A DNA stretch of 64,000 nt, taken from IMG/VR virus record IMGVR_UViG_3300017746_000001, positions 64,785-128,784 of that record, one strand, 5' to 3'. Made by a program: the position numbers and the translations under genes. The notes below the pieces were generated by a model. That model did not search any database and was not told where the DNA came from. It saw only the letters and a list, made by a program, of their open reading frames with translations. Positions 9,751 to 19,336 of the stretch are shown here, one piece after another (the stretch's first letter is position 1; each line of letters begins with the position of its first letter). The DNA comes from a virus.

Positions 9751-10884
9751 TTATCTTGTGTAATTCAAGACATCTTTATTCACGGTGGCATCTCCTCTGA
9801 TTGAGTTGTATGCCTTGTGTAATACTTTCAAATTGTTTCTATCGACCCATGTGCTGTGAAATCTTTCATACAGCATATCTGCTAGTCCTGTCGGATCACC
9901 TTCAAAATCTGATAATCTTTCAGCGTCCCTATCTAATTCATAGATATTGTGCAGTTTGCATACTTCTGTACCTGCCGCGCCTGGTAGGTTGAAGGCTGCT
10001 ATGAGTTCATCGAATGTCATCCCTGCGAAGGGATAGTAGTCGTCTTGTAGTCTTTCTTTCAAGAATTCTGTAGCCCAATCTTCTTCATAGTTGGGTTTTC
10101 GACCTACATTGATGAAGCGCCCATGATCTGTGCAGAATATCTTCTTCATCATTGCATTTAGTCTCCAACTTGTCGCATCGACTGATTTCGCCCCTAGTAA
10201 AGCAGCGATTGGTGCGGCATTCATGCCTCCAGCTCCTAGTAGGAAAACTGGCCTCTCGTTGTTTCTAATTACGGACATCATATCGATTGCCTCATACCAC
10301 AAAGAAGTAGTTGAGGGCCTGATTCCTTTTTGTTTGGGCTTTTGACCGCCCTTTTTCATTGAGTCATAGACTCTTGCTTTAGCTTGTGCCAGATTAGATC
10401 CAAAACAGACTTGTTCTTTTTCGTCTAGTTCGTACATATCGATGTGTCTCTCTATGTCCACATCATTTCTGCCGTGAACTACTGGGACAGTTACCGATAT
10501 TTCAGATTTCATCAACTCATACCATTCTTTCGAAGTTTTTTGTCTTTTCAAAGCTTCTTCATCTGATATTCCATCCATCCTTGGAATTGGAAAATCAGCC
10601 GAAATGATTGTGTCGTTTGGTCCGAATCCTACTTTTCTGTGCTTATCTATCAATCCTTCAACATCGAAGTCTTTCGCTAAGGAAGGATTTTCTAAAAACA
10701 GGAAGCCCCCTGAATCTTTTGCCACGAAGTTATCTTCCGTGAAATTCTCAAAGTGCCACCCTGGTTCTTTTATTTTTGATAAATCGACCAACACGCTGTC
10801 GGTCACATCTGCTATTTTCCAATTTTTACTTCCCATCGTCGCTGGATGCTCCGATGTATAATTTAGAAATTTTTTTCTTGCCAT
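9751..10884 (-). CDS. tRNA-guanine transglycosylase-fold protein (DpdA-like)
   Basis: DSGGF, ADFPI, VPVVHG, FLLGAG and SVDATSW motifs of the TGT barrel. Confidence 0.7.
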   Translation of the reverse strand: MARKKFLNYTSEHPATMGSKNWKIADVTDSVLVDLSKIKEPGWHFENFTEDNFVAKDSGGFLFLENPSLAKDFDVEGLIDKHRKVGFGPNDTIISADFPIPRMDGISDEEALKRQKTSKEWYELMKSEISVTVPVVHGRNDVDIERHIDMYELDEKEQVCFGSNLAQAKARVYDSMKKGGQKPKQKGIRPSTTSLWYEAIDMMSVIRNNERPVFLLGAGGMNAAPIAALLGAKSVDATSWRLNAMMKKIFCTDHGRFINVGRKPNYEEDWATEFLKERLQDDYYPFAGMTFDELIAAFNLPGAAGTEVCKLHNIYELDRDAERLSDFEGDPTGLADMLYERFHSTWVDRNNLKVLHKAYNSIRGDATVNKDVLNYTR

Positions 10885-10896
10885 GGTCAGTCAGTT

Positions 10897-11601
10897 TCAC
10901 TTAGGATCTCTGAATCTTTCTTCCATCATCCAGGGGATTGTATTCTCCCCTTCGTCTGAAAGGTGGTGTAATCCGTCGCTATTAATGGTGTTTTCCAGCA
11001 ATCGTAGGCTGTCGCACCATTTGTCGGAACTTTCTTCTAAGTGTATTTTTAATTCTTCTGCGCGTTCTTCGCTTAGTATGTATTCAGTATTGTGCTGATA
11101 GGTAATCAATACTCTTGGACCGCCTTTTAGTTCGACCCAATTGTGTATGAATACCGCTAGAGGCCCATTGTATATTGGTACCCAATGCTTAACCATTTCA
11201 GCACCGCACTTTTTACATTGGTATTCTGCTTTTTCTGCATTTAACCATAATCTCTCATAGGGGTATTTGCGGAAATCATACAGATTATCCTCATCATACC
11301 CACTCCATATATGTTCTTTTACATGCTCCTTCATCCAATACGGATTTCTGCTTACTTCATGTTTCCATACTCTGTATCTATATTGTGTGTCTCCATGTGC
11401 TGTATGTCTCGATTTCTCGGCTCTGTGGTTTGCAGCGATAAAAGAATCGGCATAGCTTCTTCTCATTTGTACGCTGTTTCGTGCTTTAACAAGCATTTCT
11501 TCACACATCCTCAAGAGATACGATGCAGCGCCTTCTTCATATCCGTCGTGATGGATATAGAAGACTTCATTTTCTATTTCATATGTTGCCCTTGTTGACA
11601 T
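10897..11601 (-). CDS. phage-type hypothetical protein
   Basis: motif-led; MSTRA...YIHHDGY N-terminus. Confidence 0.7.
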   Translation of the reverse strand: MSTRATYEIENEVFYIHHDGYEEGAASYLLRMCEEMLVKARNSVQMRRSYADSFIAANHRAEKSRHTAHGDTQYRYRVWKHEVSRNPYWMKEHVKEHIWSGYDEDNLYDFRKYPYERLWLNAEKAEYQCKKCGAEMVKHWVPIYNGPLAVFIHNWVELKGGPRVLITYQHNTEYILSEERAEELKIHLEESSDKWCDSLRLLENTINSDGLHHLSDEGENTIPWMMEERFRDPK

Positions 11602-11603
11602 GG

Positions 11604-11717
11604 TCAGTCGAACTTCTCGTACTCTCTAATCTTTGAAAGAGGTACGGAAGTCACTATTTCTCCTGTTTTTTTGTGCCTAAATTTTTGTTTAGGTAATTCT
11701 CTTGGGTCTTTAGGCAT
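11604..11717 (-). CDS. 37-aa small protein (not in ORF track)
   Basis: MPKDPRELPKQKF...; stop is the TGA inside the next motif; GAGGAAGGTG upstream. Confidence 0.5.
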   Translation of the reverse strand: MPKDPRELPKQKFRHKKTGEIVTSVPLSKIREYEKFD

Positions 11718-12183
11718 CGTCAATCACCTTCCTCAAATCTTCAATGAAAAAGGGGAAGTCCCTACTATGGTATAACCCATCAGTCGCTTCCATCCTGTCA
11801 GCAATATCAGTAATCGCTTTACGCAATTGTTTGATTTCTTCATATCTATCAAACTCTTTTCTTACTACCGTTAGGTCGAGTCTAAAGTTTTCTGAGTCAA
11901 ATTGCTCATGGCTAAGTGAGAATGATAGCCCAGACAAAAACTCGACTGGGTACATTTCTCTGCCCATTTCTATGATGAACTCTCGGTTCATCTTGTTTTT
12001 CAAATCTAACATTTCATTGTTGATGAATTCGTCCACTATGTCTGCGAAAGAGTCGCCCCAGACTAGATCTTGAACTGGAGTTATTCCTGGTTCAATATTC
12101 ACTAGCCCTTTTGTGGGTTGATTTTCACTTTCTTTGCCAAAGTGTATTCCTCCAGTTTCAATATCTAAAGGCCAAAATCCCAT
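11710..12183 (-). CDS. hypothetical protein
   Basis: TAATG overlap with GAGGAGGTG SD. Confidence 0.7.
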   Translation of the reverse strand: MGFWPLDIETGGIHFGKESENQPTKGLVNIEPGITPVQDLVWGDSFADIVDEFINNEMLDLKNKMNREFIIEMGREMYPVEFLSGLSFSLSHEQFDSENFRLDLTVVRKEFDRYEEIKQLRKAITDIADRMEATDGLYHSRDFPFFIEDLRKVIDDA

Positions 12184-12635
12184 TATTGCACCTCCTCAAC
12201 ATTAATCTTTGAAAATCCTATTTTATCACAAATCCAATATTCTAATCCTTTTTGCACGATGTCTCCAACAGACATAGAATGCATGTTGATTGTTTCGTGT
12301 CCTGATTTGTATTTTATTAGTGGTAAAAGTGGTTCTAACAACCCTTTTTCCACCATATCCATGTGTGAGCCACCATATGCATTAGATATTCTAAATGATT
12401 CTTCTAGCTCCTCTGTGTTTATTTTGGCTACTGCTCTGTAATATTCGAAATACTCTGGTTTCCAATTCTTACTTCCTTTACTTGTGGTCTCTAAATACGC
12501 TTCCCATGCAGGATATTTCTTTGCTGCATTGTCCCAACCACCGTCAGGACCATTTACGAATTCAACCATTTCATCTGTCGTATGTAATTGAAACAGAGTA
12601 ATTTTATCTTTATCTAATATTTTTTGTATTGCCAT
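12183..12635 (-). CDS. YodL-like domain protein
   Basis: motif-led start; C-terminal HSMSVGDIV...GF. Confidence 0.6.
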   Translation of the reverse strand: MAIQKILDKDKITLFQLHTTDEMVEFVNGPDGGWDNAAKKYPAWEAYLETTSKGSKNWKPEYFEYYRAVAKINTEELEESFRISNAYGGSHMDMVEKGLLEPLLPLIKYKSGHETINMHSMSVGDIVQKGLEYWICDKIGFSKINVEEVQ

Positions 12636-12637
12636 GG

Positions 12638-12838
12638 TCAGTATTTGAGTTTCCAAGTGTCATTCGCGTAGTTCTTACGAAATCTAGGGTTTCTTCCAAG
12701 GTTTCTCCCAATATCCTTGGGGGAAGTTCCGTGTTTGTATCTGTCATTAATCAGATCTGCTAATTGATTAGAGGTTAGCGCCCCTTTTTGTCTCAAAAGA
12801 CTGACGACATATTGTTCTAATCTTTTACTCAGCGCCAT
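12638..12838 (-). CDS. small winged-helix-like DNA-binding protein
   Basis: resembles 15949..16242 (IND...HGT...GN/RN L..PRF). Confidence 0.6.
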   Translation of the reverse strand: MALSKRLEQYVVSLLRQKGALTSNQLADLINDRYKHGTSPKDIGRNLGRNPRFRKNYANDTWKLKY

Positions 12839-12951
12839 TTTTTCCGTTTCCTGGGTTTATGCCCAAGGCTTTGTAAACGGTTTTGACATTTGGACTTCTC
12901 TGCTTTTGTATGTTGGAGATATTCCTTTCCACATGCTAAACATTTAGCCAT
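12829..12951 (-). CDS. 40-aa Cys/His basic microprotein (not in ORF track)
   Basis: motif-led MAKCLACGKEYLQH...KC. Confidence 0.6.
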   Translation of the reverse strand: MAKCLACGKEYLQHTKAEKSKCQNRLQSLGHKPRKRKKWR

Positions 12952-12953
12952 GG

Positions 12954-13382
12954 TCAGTTAAGGGATTCTTTGTACTCTGCCCAAAGTTTTGAAATTTCTT
13001 CCTTTGGTGTTCCCTTGTGTTTAGTTCTGAATTGAGGCCAACTTAGCCTCTCGAGTGTTTTAGGCTCCGAGGAAGAAGCGTCTTTACCTTCCACCCCTTC
13101 ACTCTTCGCCTCGTCCGAATCAAGATTTGAGGAACTTGATGTTTCAGCCTTGTTATCAGAGGCCAATTCGGTTTCGAGTGTTGTTTCGGCTATTGGTTCT
13201 GCATCATTTTGAACAGACCCGCCCTTTTCAAGTGCGATAAGCCTTCTTTTTATTTGTTTAATTTCCACGGTCAGTTTGCGAATTTTGTCCTTATCCTTTT
13301 CTTCATCAGGAACACGGAGTAAAGTCGCTCTTTGTACTTTCAATTGCACCAAACGGGCATGATCACTATCTGTCCAACTCAT
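12954..13382 (-). CDS. hypothetical protein with WPQF motif
   Basis: own TTCAAACGAC element upstream; stop lies within the next motif. Confidence 0.7.
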   Translation of the reverse strand: MSWTDSDHARLVQLKVQRATLLRVPDEEKDKDKIRKLTVEIKQIKRRLIALEKGGSVQNDAEPIAETTLETELASDNKAETSSSSNLDSDEAKSEGVEGKDASSSEPKTLERLSWPQFRTKHKGTPKEEISKLWAEYKESLN

Positions 13383-13425
13383 CTCGCTCGATTTGTTAGA
13401 GAGGGGATAGTCGTTTGAATGTTGT

Positions 13426-13647
13426 CTAAGCAGTTTGTTTTTGCTTAATCGGCCAAAACCTCTTCATAGGAAGATTACAATGCTTGCAATAGCCGTTGCC
13501 ATCTGCCATAACATCTGTCCTCCATAGTTTCTTTCTTTCAGAAAGAGGTCTGCCTTTTCTGTCTAATTCCCAACAACCGCACCTTTCATCTGCCTCAGTC
13601 ATCTGTGCATTCTTAGTAGTTATGTCGTTTCTAACTTTCGTCTTCAT
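13426..13647 (-). CDS. small Cys-containing protein
   Basis: motif-led; CGC and CKHC. Confidence 0.65.
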   Translation of the reverse strand: MKTKVRNDITTKNAQMTEADERCGCWELDRKGRPLSERKKLWRTDVMADGNGYCKHCNLPMKRFWPIKQKQTA

Positions 13648-13657
13648 GGTCAGTTTT

Positions 13658-14164
13658 TCATAGTAAATCTAGAATTTCTTCCACATAAACGCCCATTGCC
13701 ACATTAGCTTGCGCATTCATAATGAAATTCACACCTTCATTGATAGGTGCTGCTTCATCTGCGGCTCTGATTCCTGAAAAATATCTTTTGTTGTTATGAG
13801 GCCCAATTATGCAGTAGAAGTGGGATGTGTATTGTGCTTCCGTATATTCGCACATCCTAAATCCCTCGACATTGTATGTAATTCCATCTCTTTCATATCT
13901 TTGTCCGGTCATCCATACCTCGGGAGGAAGAACTTCCAACATTTCTTGGTATTCGCTCTCTTCAATTTCCGTGAAGGGTTTGCTGTAGGTCTTTTCTAAC
14001 ACATTAGCAATTAATTCTAATGCCACTTCAAAGTTCATCAACTCCCCTCCTGATTCATCTATTACTTCTGCAATCGGCCTTTTGCCGTAATGCGTAACAT
14101 CGCCATCAACGAGTGCTTCGATGTTACTCTTTCCTTTTTTGTAAATAACTTGTATTTCTTCCAT
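13658..14164 (-). CDS. DUF1419-like hypothetical protein
   Basis: motif-led; EIEESEYQEMLEVLPP. Confidence 0.65.
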   Translation of the reverse strand: MEEIQVIYKKGKSNIEALVDGDVTHYGKRPIAEVIDESGGELMNFEVALELIANVLEKTYSKPFTEIEESEYQEMLEVLPPEVWMTGQRYERDGITYNVEGFRMCEYTEAQYTSHFYCIIGPHNNKRYFSGIRAADEAAPINEGVNFIMNAQANVAMGVYVEEILDLL

Positions 14165-14171
14165 GGTCAGT

Positions 14172-14528
14172 TTAGAACCCTTTAGAGGGTTTTGCCTTTC
14201 TTAGTGCATTTCTAGCCAGTTCAAAGAAAGTTTCCCAATCTCCTCGGTCCATTTCAATGAAGGCATCGATTTCTTCGCTATGATCACCAATTACATATTC
14301 TAAGGCCGCATACATTTCTGGTGCTGCCGATATTAGTTCCGCTATTGCGAATCCTTCATCTTTATCATTTACTGTTCCGGCTTTAGCAAAACCAGTCTTA
14401 GCTTTGCTTTGTGATTTTACCAAGGCGATATGCTCGCCTAATTCTGTTTTTACTGCATAAGGATAGTGTCCTTGGATGATTCTTAAGGAAATATCTTGTG
14501 TTTTTGTGCTATCTACAGACCAACGCAT
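14172..14528 (-). CDS. phage-type hypothetical protein
   Basis: AELISAAPEMY motif; GGAGG upstream. Confidence 0.7.
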   Translation of the reverse strand: MRWSVDSTKTQDISLRIIQGHYPYAVKTELGEHIALVKSQSKAKTGFAKAGTVNDKDEGFAIAELISAAPEMYAALEYVIGDHSEEIDAFIEMDRGDWETFFELARNALRKAKPSKGF

Positions 14529-14530
14529 AG

Positions 14531-14710
14531 TTAGGCCTCCAAATCATATTCTATGTATCTTCCGTCATTTGTCCTTATATCCCCTACCATTTCGCAAGTA
14601 GCGCCACAGTCCTTGCAGACAAGTGTGACTCTTGCTTCTGTTAAACCATCGGTGTGATCTTCCACAATCCAATCGTGGCTGCCTCTTTTTTTACATTTCT
14701 CGTAGTTCAT
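14531..14710 (-). CDS. 59-aa Zn-ribbon protein (not in ORF track)
   Basis: motif-led MNYEKCKKRGSHDW...CKDCG. Confidence 0.65.
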   Translation of the reverse strand: MNYEKCKKRGSHDWIVEDHTDGLTEARVTLVCKDCGATCEMVGDIRTNDGRYIEYDLEA

Positions 14711-14718
14711 GGTCAGTA

Positions 14719-15156
14719 TCAGTCTTCTCTTTCTTTGAAGATCCTAATTATATCCAATAGAAACTCATTGATTGTCCACTCCGAATACGGAGCGTCCGAG
14801 AAGTCCACTTTGGCGTGAATCTCATCATGCGGTACGCCGATTGCGTCTGCGAGGTCGTTGAGCCATGCGATTCGCAACTTCCTGAGTTGGACTGCATCAT
14901 CAATTGTGTCTTTGGGATTCCAGGCTGTAATTGCCATACTTGCTTCGAATAGCAAGTCATGTAGCGCCGTTAGCCCATACACTTCAATTATGTGCATTCC
15001 CCACTCAGAAAGTTCCTCTTTTGCTTCTAAGGAACCAGCGTTTATCTCCGCATATTCTGTCCTTAATTCCATTTCGTTTGTTGCCATTAGTCTGATTTGG
15101 CAATTCTTCAGTTCGTCATTTCGGATTAGTTCGTCTAAAATGTCTTCTTCTGTCAT
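14719..15156 (-). CDS. hypothetical protein
   Basis: motif-led ORF. Confidence 0.75.
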   Translation of the reverse strand: MTEEDILDELIRNDELKNCQIRLMATNEMELRTEYAEINAGSLEAKEELSEWGMHIIEVYGLTALHDLLFEASMAITAWNPKDTIDDAVQLRKLRIAWLNDLADAIGVPHDEIHAKVDFSDAPYSEWTINEFLLDIIRIFKERED

Positions 15157-15165
15157 GGTCAGTAT

Positions 15166-15375
15166 TTATTCAAGTACACTCATACAAGTGGCGATAACAT
15201 TGTTGTAATCTGCACTCATAGCTAGGTCCGTAACTTGTTTGATGTCTTCTCTGGGCCATTGAGCCCTTTTTAGTTGTCTTTCAGTATAACCGATTATTGC
15301 GAAGGCGTTTCCATCAACTCCTAGTAGAGTCCCTTCTGCCTTTCCATTCTTTTCAATTAATTTTTCTATTGCCAT
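15166..15375 (-). CDS. phage-type small protein
   Basis: motif-led; LLGVDGNAFAIIG...AMSADY. Confidence 0.75.
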   Translation of the reverse strand: MAIEKLIEKNGKAEGTLLGVDGNAFAIIGYTERQLKRAQWPREDIKQVTDLAMSADYNNVIATCMSVLE

Positions 15376-15377
15376 GG

Positions 15378-15734
15378 TCAGACTTGGGGCGGTTGCTCTA
15401 ATTCCCAAGTGGAAAGTTCTTGATTCCACTTCCAAAGGAAACCATCCCATTGAACAAACCAACCACCGTTCATTTGAAACGGATCTGAATTAGTCATCAT
15501 TTGATTTGAAAAGGGCGTGGGAGCATTGGGGAGCAAATTTACTTGCTGCGCCCCTGGTGTTCTAATTAACTGAGGTATCATACACCAAATGAAGACTGAG
15601 GCATATCCCATCCAAAAGATAGGTGCTTCAACTTGTTCTGGTAATTTTAACCCGCTAATGTCTAAATCGACTAATCTAGCATACCAATAACCCCCTGCTA
15701 CGAGGGCCATCACTACGCCAAACAATCTTCTCAT
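15378..15734 (-). CDS. membrane protein
   Basis: motif-led ATG 15734 (alternative 15746); two hydrophobic segments. Confidence 0.7.
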   Translation of the reverse strand: MRRLFGVVMALVAGGYWYARLVDLDISGLKLPEQVEAPIFWMGYASVFIWCMIPQLIRTPGAQQVNLLPNAPTPFSNQMMTNSDPFQMNGGWFVQWDGFLWKWNQELSTWELEQPPQV

Positions 15735-15776
15735 GGTCAGTAACATGGCAGTGCCATGCGTCTTTGTCCTTTGAAA

Positions 15777-15986
15777 TTACTCGGTATCGAGTATTTCATA
15801 ATGTTCTTTCCAACTACCTACCAGTTCCATGTGTTTTGGAGATAGTGTGTCGCTATTTCCAGGACAAGGCTTTACTGGCCCATCCTGCCATTTCTTAAGT
15901 TTAGACTTAGACATGCTGATTGTGTGGATACTTCCACAAAATCTGCATTTAGCTTTCCAATTCGGTACTGTCGGCATCTTCATCAA
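15777..15986 (-). CDS. small Zn-finger-like protein
   Basis: CRFC...CP...H. Confidence 0.55.
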   Translation of the reverse strand: MMKMPTVPNWKAKCRFCGSIHTISMSKSKLKKWQDGPVKPCPGNSDTLSPKHMELVGSWKEHYEILDTE

Positions 15987-16242
15987 CTGTAAAATTGGGT
16001 GTTAATTCCCATACTTTGTGTGTGTATGACGAACTACTCGCCCGAATGCGTGCAGTTCCGACATCTTTGAATCTTGGGTCTTTCGCTAGAATGTTTCCTA
16101 ATACATTCATTGTAGTCCCATGCCTTGTAGTGTTGTTAATATGGTCATATATTGCTCCAGTAGGAGCGCTTCCATTTTCTTTTAGGTATTTTTCAACCTT
16201 ATTTCTTAGTCTTGCTGTTCTTCTACCTATCTTTAGTCCCAT
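15949..16242 (-). CDS. winged-helix protein (DUF3860-like)
   Basis: motif-led; IYDHINNTTRHGTTMNVLGNILAKDPRF. Confidence 0.65.
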   Translation of the reverse strand: MGLKIGRRTARLRNKVEKYLKENGSAPTGAIYDHINNTTRHGTTMNVLGNILAKDPRFKDVGTARIRASSSSYTHKVWELTPNFTVDEDADSTELES

Positions 16243-16253
16243 GGTCAGTCACC

Positions 16254-17513
16254 CTAGTCGTTACGGCAGAAGTCTTTAGTGACTTCGCCTATGATTAGGG
16301 AATTCTTTCTTCTTTGTATATGTTCTTTCATAGATTTTCTCTTTCCATCGTATTTCTTTGAGATGATTCTTGCTGGACCATGATTCTTTACAGGAATCTT
16401 GGTGTATCTTTTCTTTTCCTCTTCGGAAAGAGAAGATTGTATTTCTCCAGCGTAGTATGTGTTAAAAATCCCCTTTTCCAATTGAGAAGGAGTTAGTTTC
16501 CAAGAACCAGGCGTATACGGAGCAGGATAGTTTTTCTTTTCCTTGCTTGTGAGTCCTTTGATGACATACACATGCGTACAATCTGGATGGTCGCACCAAC
16601 CAGTCGCGTATGGCATTCTGTGATGGCCTGCATTACACCTGCCACCACGATTGAGAGTCATTCCTGCCTCGTGCCATTTAGCGTGTTTGTCGGTTTCAAC
16701 GAATTTCTCTTCGATAGCAAGGGCTTCCTTTAGCCCTATTCCGTCTGCGTCGATTAGACGATCCACTTCCCATTCTTTGCAGAATGGACACCACATACAG
16801 GAGCTTTTCTTGACAGGCGAACCATCGCCCCGATAATCCCAACCTAAATGCTTGAGCATTTCCAAACATTCCTTTCTGTTCATCTCCAAGCCTTGTAAGG
16901 GGTAATTGTATTCGTGACCCTTTATTTTGTTCTCAGAGTGATTGGCTGTGAATCTGTCGGTTCTCCCGCCTTCATCCTTCTCAATCCCTAAGCTCCAATG
17001 CTTAGTACATACCGAAGCATCCCCAAATCTTGAGTCGCCCCATTCCTGTTGAACTTGGCCCTTGAACCTCATACTGCAGATGTGGCTCGCCCCAGGCATT
17101 AGCGGGAGCATTCCTCCATCCAACAACCATTCTGAGATTGTGTAGGGCTCGTTTCTCTGTTCATACTGTTCTTTTTCATCATCTGAAAGTGATTTCCATT
17201 GTTTTTGTTGTAACGCCTTGTTGGTTTCCTTGTGGAAATATCGCACTAGATGATGTCTTACGACTACCAGTTCGACTCCTGCGGATTCACAACGATTTTT
17301 TGCGTATTCTATATTTTCATATGTTTCAGGCCATTCGCTACCAGGATCCGAGAACACAGCCGCTTCGAAGGGTGGGAACAGTTCGTCGAGTTTTGCTCGA
17401 CTCATTCCCAGGTACTTCGCTGCTTTGTCTCTTTCCAAGTGCATTGCGAGTAGTGCGGTTGAATCCACACCACCCCCAAAAGCCAACAAATTCACTTTTT
17501 TTTGAATTTTCAT
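16254..17513 (-). CDS. PAPS-reductase/adenine-nucleotide alpha-hydrolase family protein
   Basis: FGGGVDST PP-loop, DPGSEWPETY, KSSCMWCPF; motif-led start 17513. Confidence 0.8.
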   Translation of the reverse strand: MKIQKKVNLLAFGGGVDSTALLAMHLERDKAAKYLGMSRAKLDELFPPFEAAVFSDPGSEWPETYENIEYAKNRCESAGVELVVVRHHLVRYFHKETNKALQQKQWKSLSDDEKEQYEQRNEPYTISEWLLDGGMLPLMPGASHICSMRFKGQVQQEWGDSRFGDASVCTKHWSLGIEKDEGGRTDRFTANHSENKIKGHEYNYPLQGLEMNRKECLEMLKHLGWDYRGDGSPVKKSSCMWCPFCKEWEVDRLIDADGIGLKEALAIEEKFVETDKHAKWHEAGMTLNRGGRCNAGHHRMPYATGWCDHPDCTHVYVIKGLTSKEKKNYPAPYTPGSWKLTPSQLEKGIFNTYYAGEIQSSLSEEEKKRYTKIPVKNHGPARIISKKYDGKRKSMKEHIQRRKNSLIIGEVTKDFCRND

Positions 17514-17524
17514 GGTCAGTCTTC

Positions 17525-17962
17525 CTAGATACAATTATTGCAAACATGTGCTTTCTTCGTTCTTAGGTAGTTCATTTGTTTTATTGGGAATAAAACCTTG
17601 CATTTGTAGCATTGTCTTGATTTAAGACAAATCTTACAGGCTGTCGGTCTTAGACCCCATTTTGCCTTAGCATCTCTCTGCCAGTATTCCGGCTTAATTG
17701 GTAGTTCTTCCTTGCAAGTCTTACAGAATCGTAATTCTCCTTCCGGAGCGTTTTTCCAACTGTCAGGGCCAAAGGTTGGATTGTTTTCAATCAATCTTTC
17801 GTTGGCTTTCATCCTGATATGTATTGGAGTTTCCATGGCTTTTTTCGAAGCACATTTCTTACAGGTTGACCTATACACTCCACGATCCTTTCGAAATCCG
17901 AACTTGCTTAGAGGAAGATTTCGGTCACAAGACCTACAATACTTCTCTTCTTCATTTACCAT
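17525..17962 (-). CDS. multi-CxxC Zn-finger protein
   Basis: motif-led; repeated CxxC pairs. Confidence 0.7.
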   Translation of the reverse strand: MVNEEEKYCRSCDRNLPLSKFGFRKDRGVYRSTCKKCASKKAMETPIHIRMKANERLIENNPTFGPDSWKNAPEGELRFCKTCKEELPIKPEYWQRDAKAKWGLRPTACKICLKSRQCYKCKVLFPIKQMNYLRTKKAHVCNNCI

Positions 17963-17964
17963 GG

Positions 17965-18402
17965 TCAGTCACCTCTCGCCGCCTTTTTTTTAGCATGATA
18001 GCCCTTATTCTCTGCAGCATGGCAAATACGACATCTCGGGTTGAGTCCGTACTTGCATTTTGCCTTCTGGCTGAAATACTTGTCATTAGCGGGTAGCTCT
18101 GGGCCTTCTTCGTGCTTGCACTCGCCTTGGTAGCCTGTGCATTTCTTCGTAGTCCCTGCAGGAAGCGTCTTCCAAAGTCCTCGGTTTCTCTCCTGGTATC
18201 TTTGTGTAGAAGCAGCCTGCTTCTTCTTGTCTCTGGTCGCGTGTGCTACTTTCATGTGACACACCTTACATCTTGCTTGTTTGCCACTACTAGAGTTCTT
18301 CCTCATCTTCTTACCCCTCTTGGCATCATATACCGAGAGTCGCTTGTCGTCATAGAAGTCATCTAGTGGCTTTATTTGTTTACATAGTGTACATTGTTTC
18401 AT
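17965..18402 (-). CDS. multi-CxxC Zn-finger protein
   Basis: motif-led; KQCTLCKQIKPLDDFY...CKVC. Confidence 0.7.
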   Translation of the reverse strand: MKQCTLCKQIKPLDDFYDDKRLSVYDAKRGKKMRKNSSSGKQARCKVCHMKVAHATRDKKKQAASTQRYQERNRGLWKTLPAGTTKKCTGYQGECKHEEGPELPANDKYFSQKAKCKYGLNPRCRICHAAENKGYHAKKKAARGD

Positions 18403-18452
18403 GGTCAGTCTCCGAACATCTAAGTTCGGAATTGATTGCTATTAATATTATC

Positions 18453-19328
18453 TCACGAGTCGTGCGAACCATACAGGTGCTTTATTTTTCGAAGTGTTTC
18501 GAATTTCATGCTACCTGCTTCAATCCTGCCTTCCTTGTGCTTGAGGAAGCATTTTCCTATGTGTTCCGTGTAAGACGGAGGAATTGCCTCTTTCAGATTC
18601 GACCATTGGGTAATATGCTTAATTCCCATTGCTTTCTTAGCGGTTTTCATATCGGGTGGAGTCCATCCACCTTCAACGGCTCTGCCAGTCTTTTTGCATG
18701 TGCCTTTTACATGGTCTCGTAAGCTACCATAGATCCCCCATGGCTTGGGCTTACCTTTCGGCCCTATAGGCCAAGTTTTTGTTTCGTGATTACATAGAAG
18801 CGATTCTATGGGAAACGATGACTCAAACATACGGTGCCTTTGGACACCTAAACCGAATGAACTACCGCAAAGAATGGTATTCACCATCTTGGGGTTCGAA
18901 CCGATTCTGCCTGAGTTCTCCCATGGAATCATCCATGCTTCAACCACATTCTCAATCACATACGGCACACCTACATTCAGCAGGAAGTATCGTATTAAAG
19001 GCATTAAATCGACATCGCTCGGGTCATTTCCTTGTGCTATTGCTAAGTGTTTTGTCCTCGAATGAAATTGGCAGGGAGGTGATGCGTGGATTAAGTCGAA
19101 TTGTTGAAACCACCCTATAGGGGTTTCTTGAATAAAATCGATTATATCCGACTTTATGAACTTGTACGGATATTCTTTTTTACTTACGATGTCTATTCCT
19201 GTTATCTCGACATTTCCAAACGCTCTCTCATAGCCTACTGCTCCGCCACCGGAGCAGCAAAACAAATCGAGGATCTTCATTGGTTCGTCTATTTTCCAAT
19301 TGTAAGACCTGTCTTTCATATAATGCAT
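18453..19328 (-). CDS. DNA cytosine-C5 methyltransferase-like protein
   Basis: LDLFCCSGG, HASPPCQ, IENV, QRHR. Confidence 0.85.
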   Translation of the reverse strand: MHYMKDRSYNWKIDEPMKILDLFCCSGGGAVGYERAFGNVEITGIDIVSKKEYPYKFIKSDIIDFIQETPIGWFQQFDLIHASPPCQFHSRTKHLAIAQGNDPSDVDLMPLIRYFLLNVGVPYVIENVVEAWMIPWENSGRIGSNPKMVNTILCGSSFGLGVQRHRMFESSFPIESLLCNHETKTWPIGPKGKPKPWGIYGSLRDHVKGTCKKTGRAVEGGWTPPDMKTAKKAMGIKHITQWSNLKEAIPPSYTEHIGKCFLKHKEGRIEAGSMKFETLRKIKHLYGSHDS

Positions 19329-19336
19329 GGTCAGTA

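Noticed and set aside
13267-13276. ACTGACCGTG inside 12954..13382
   Set aside because: Single GTG variant in mid-gene (codons KLTV); probably chance.
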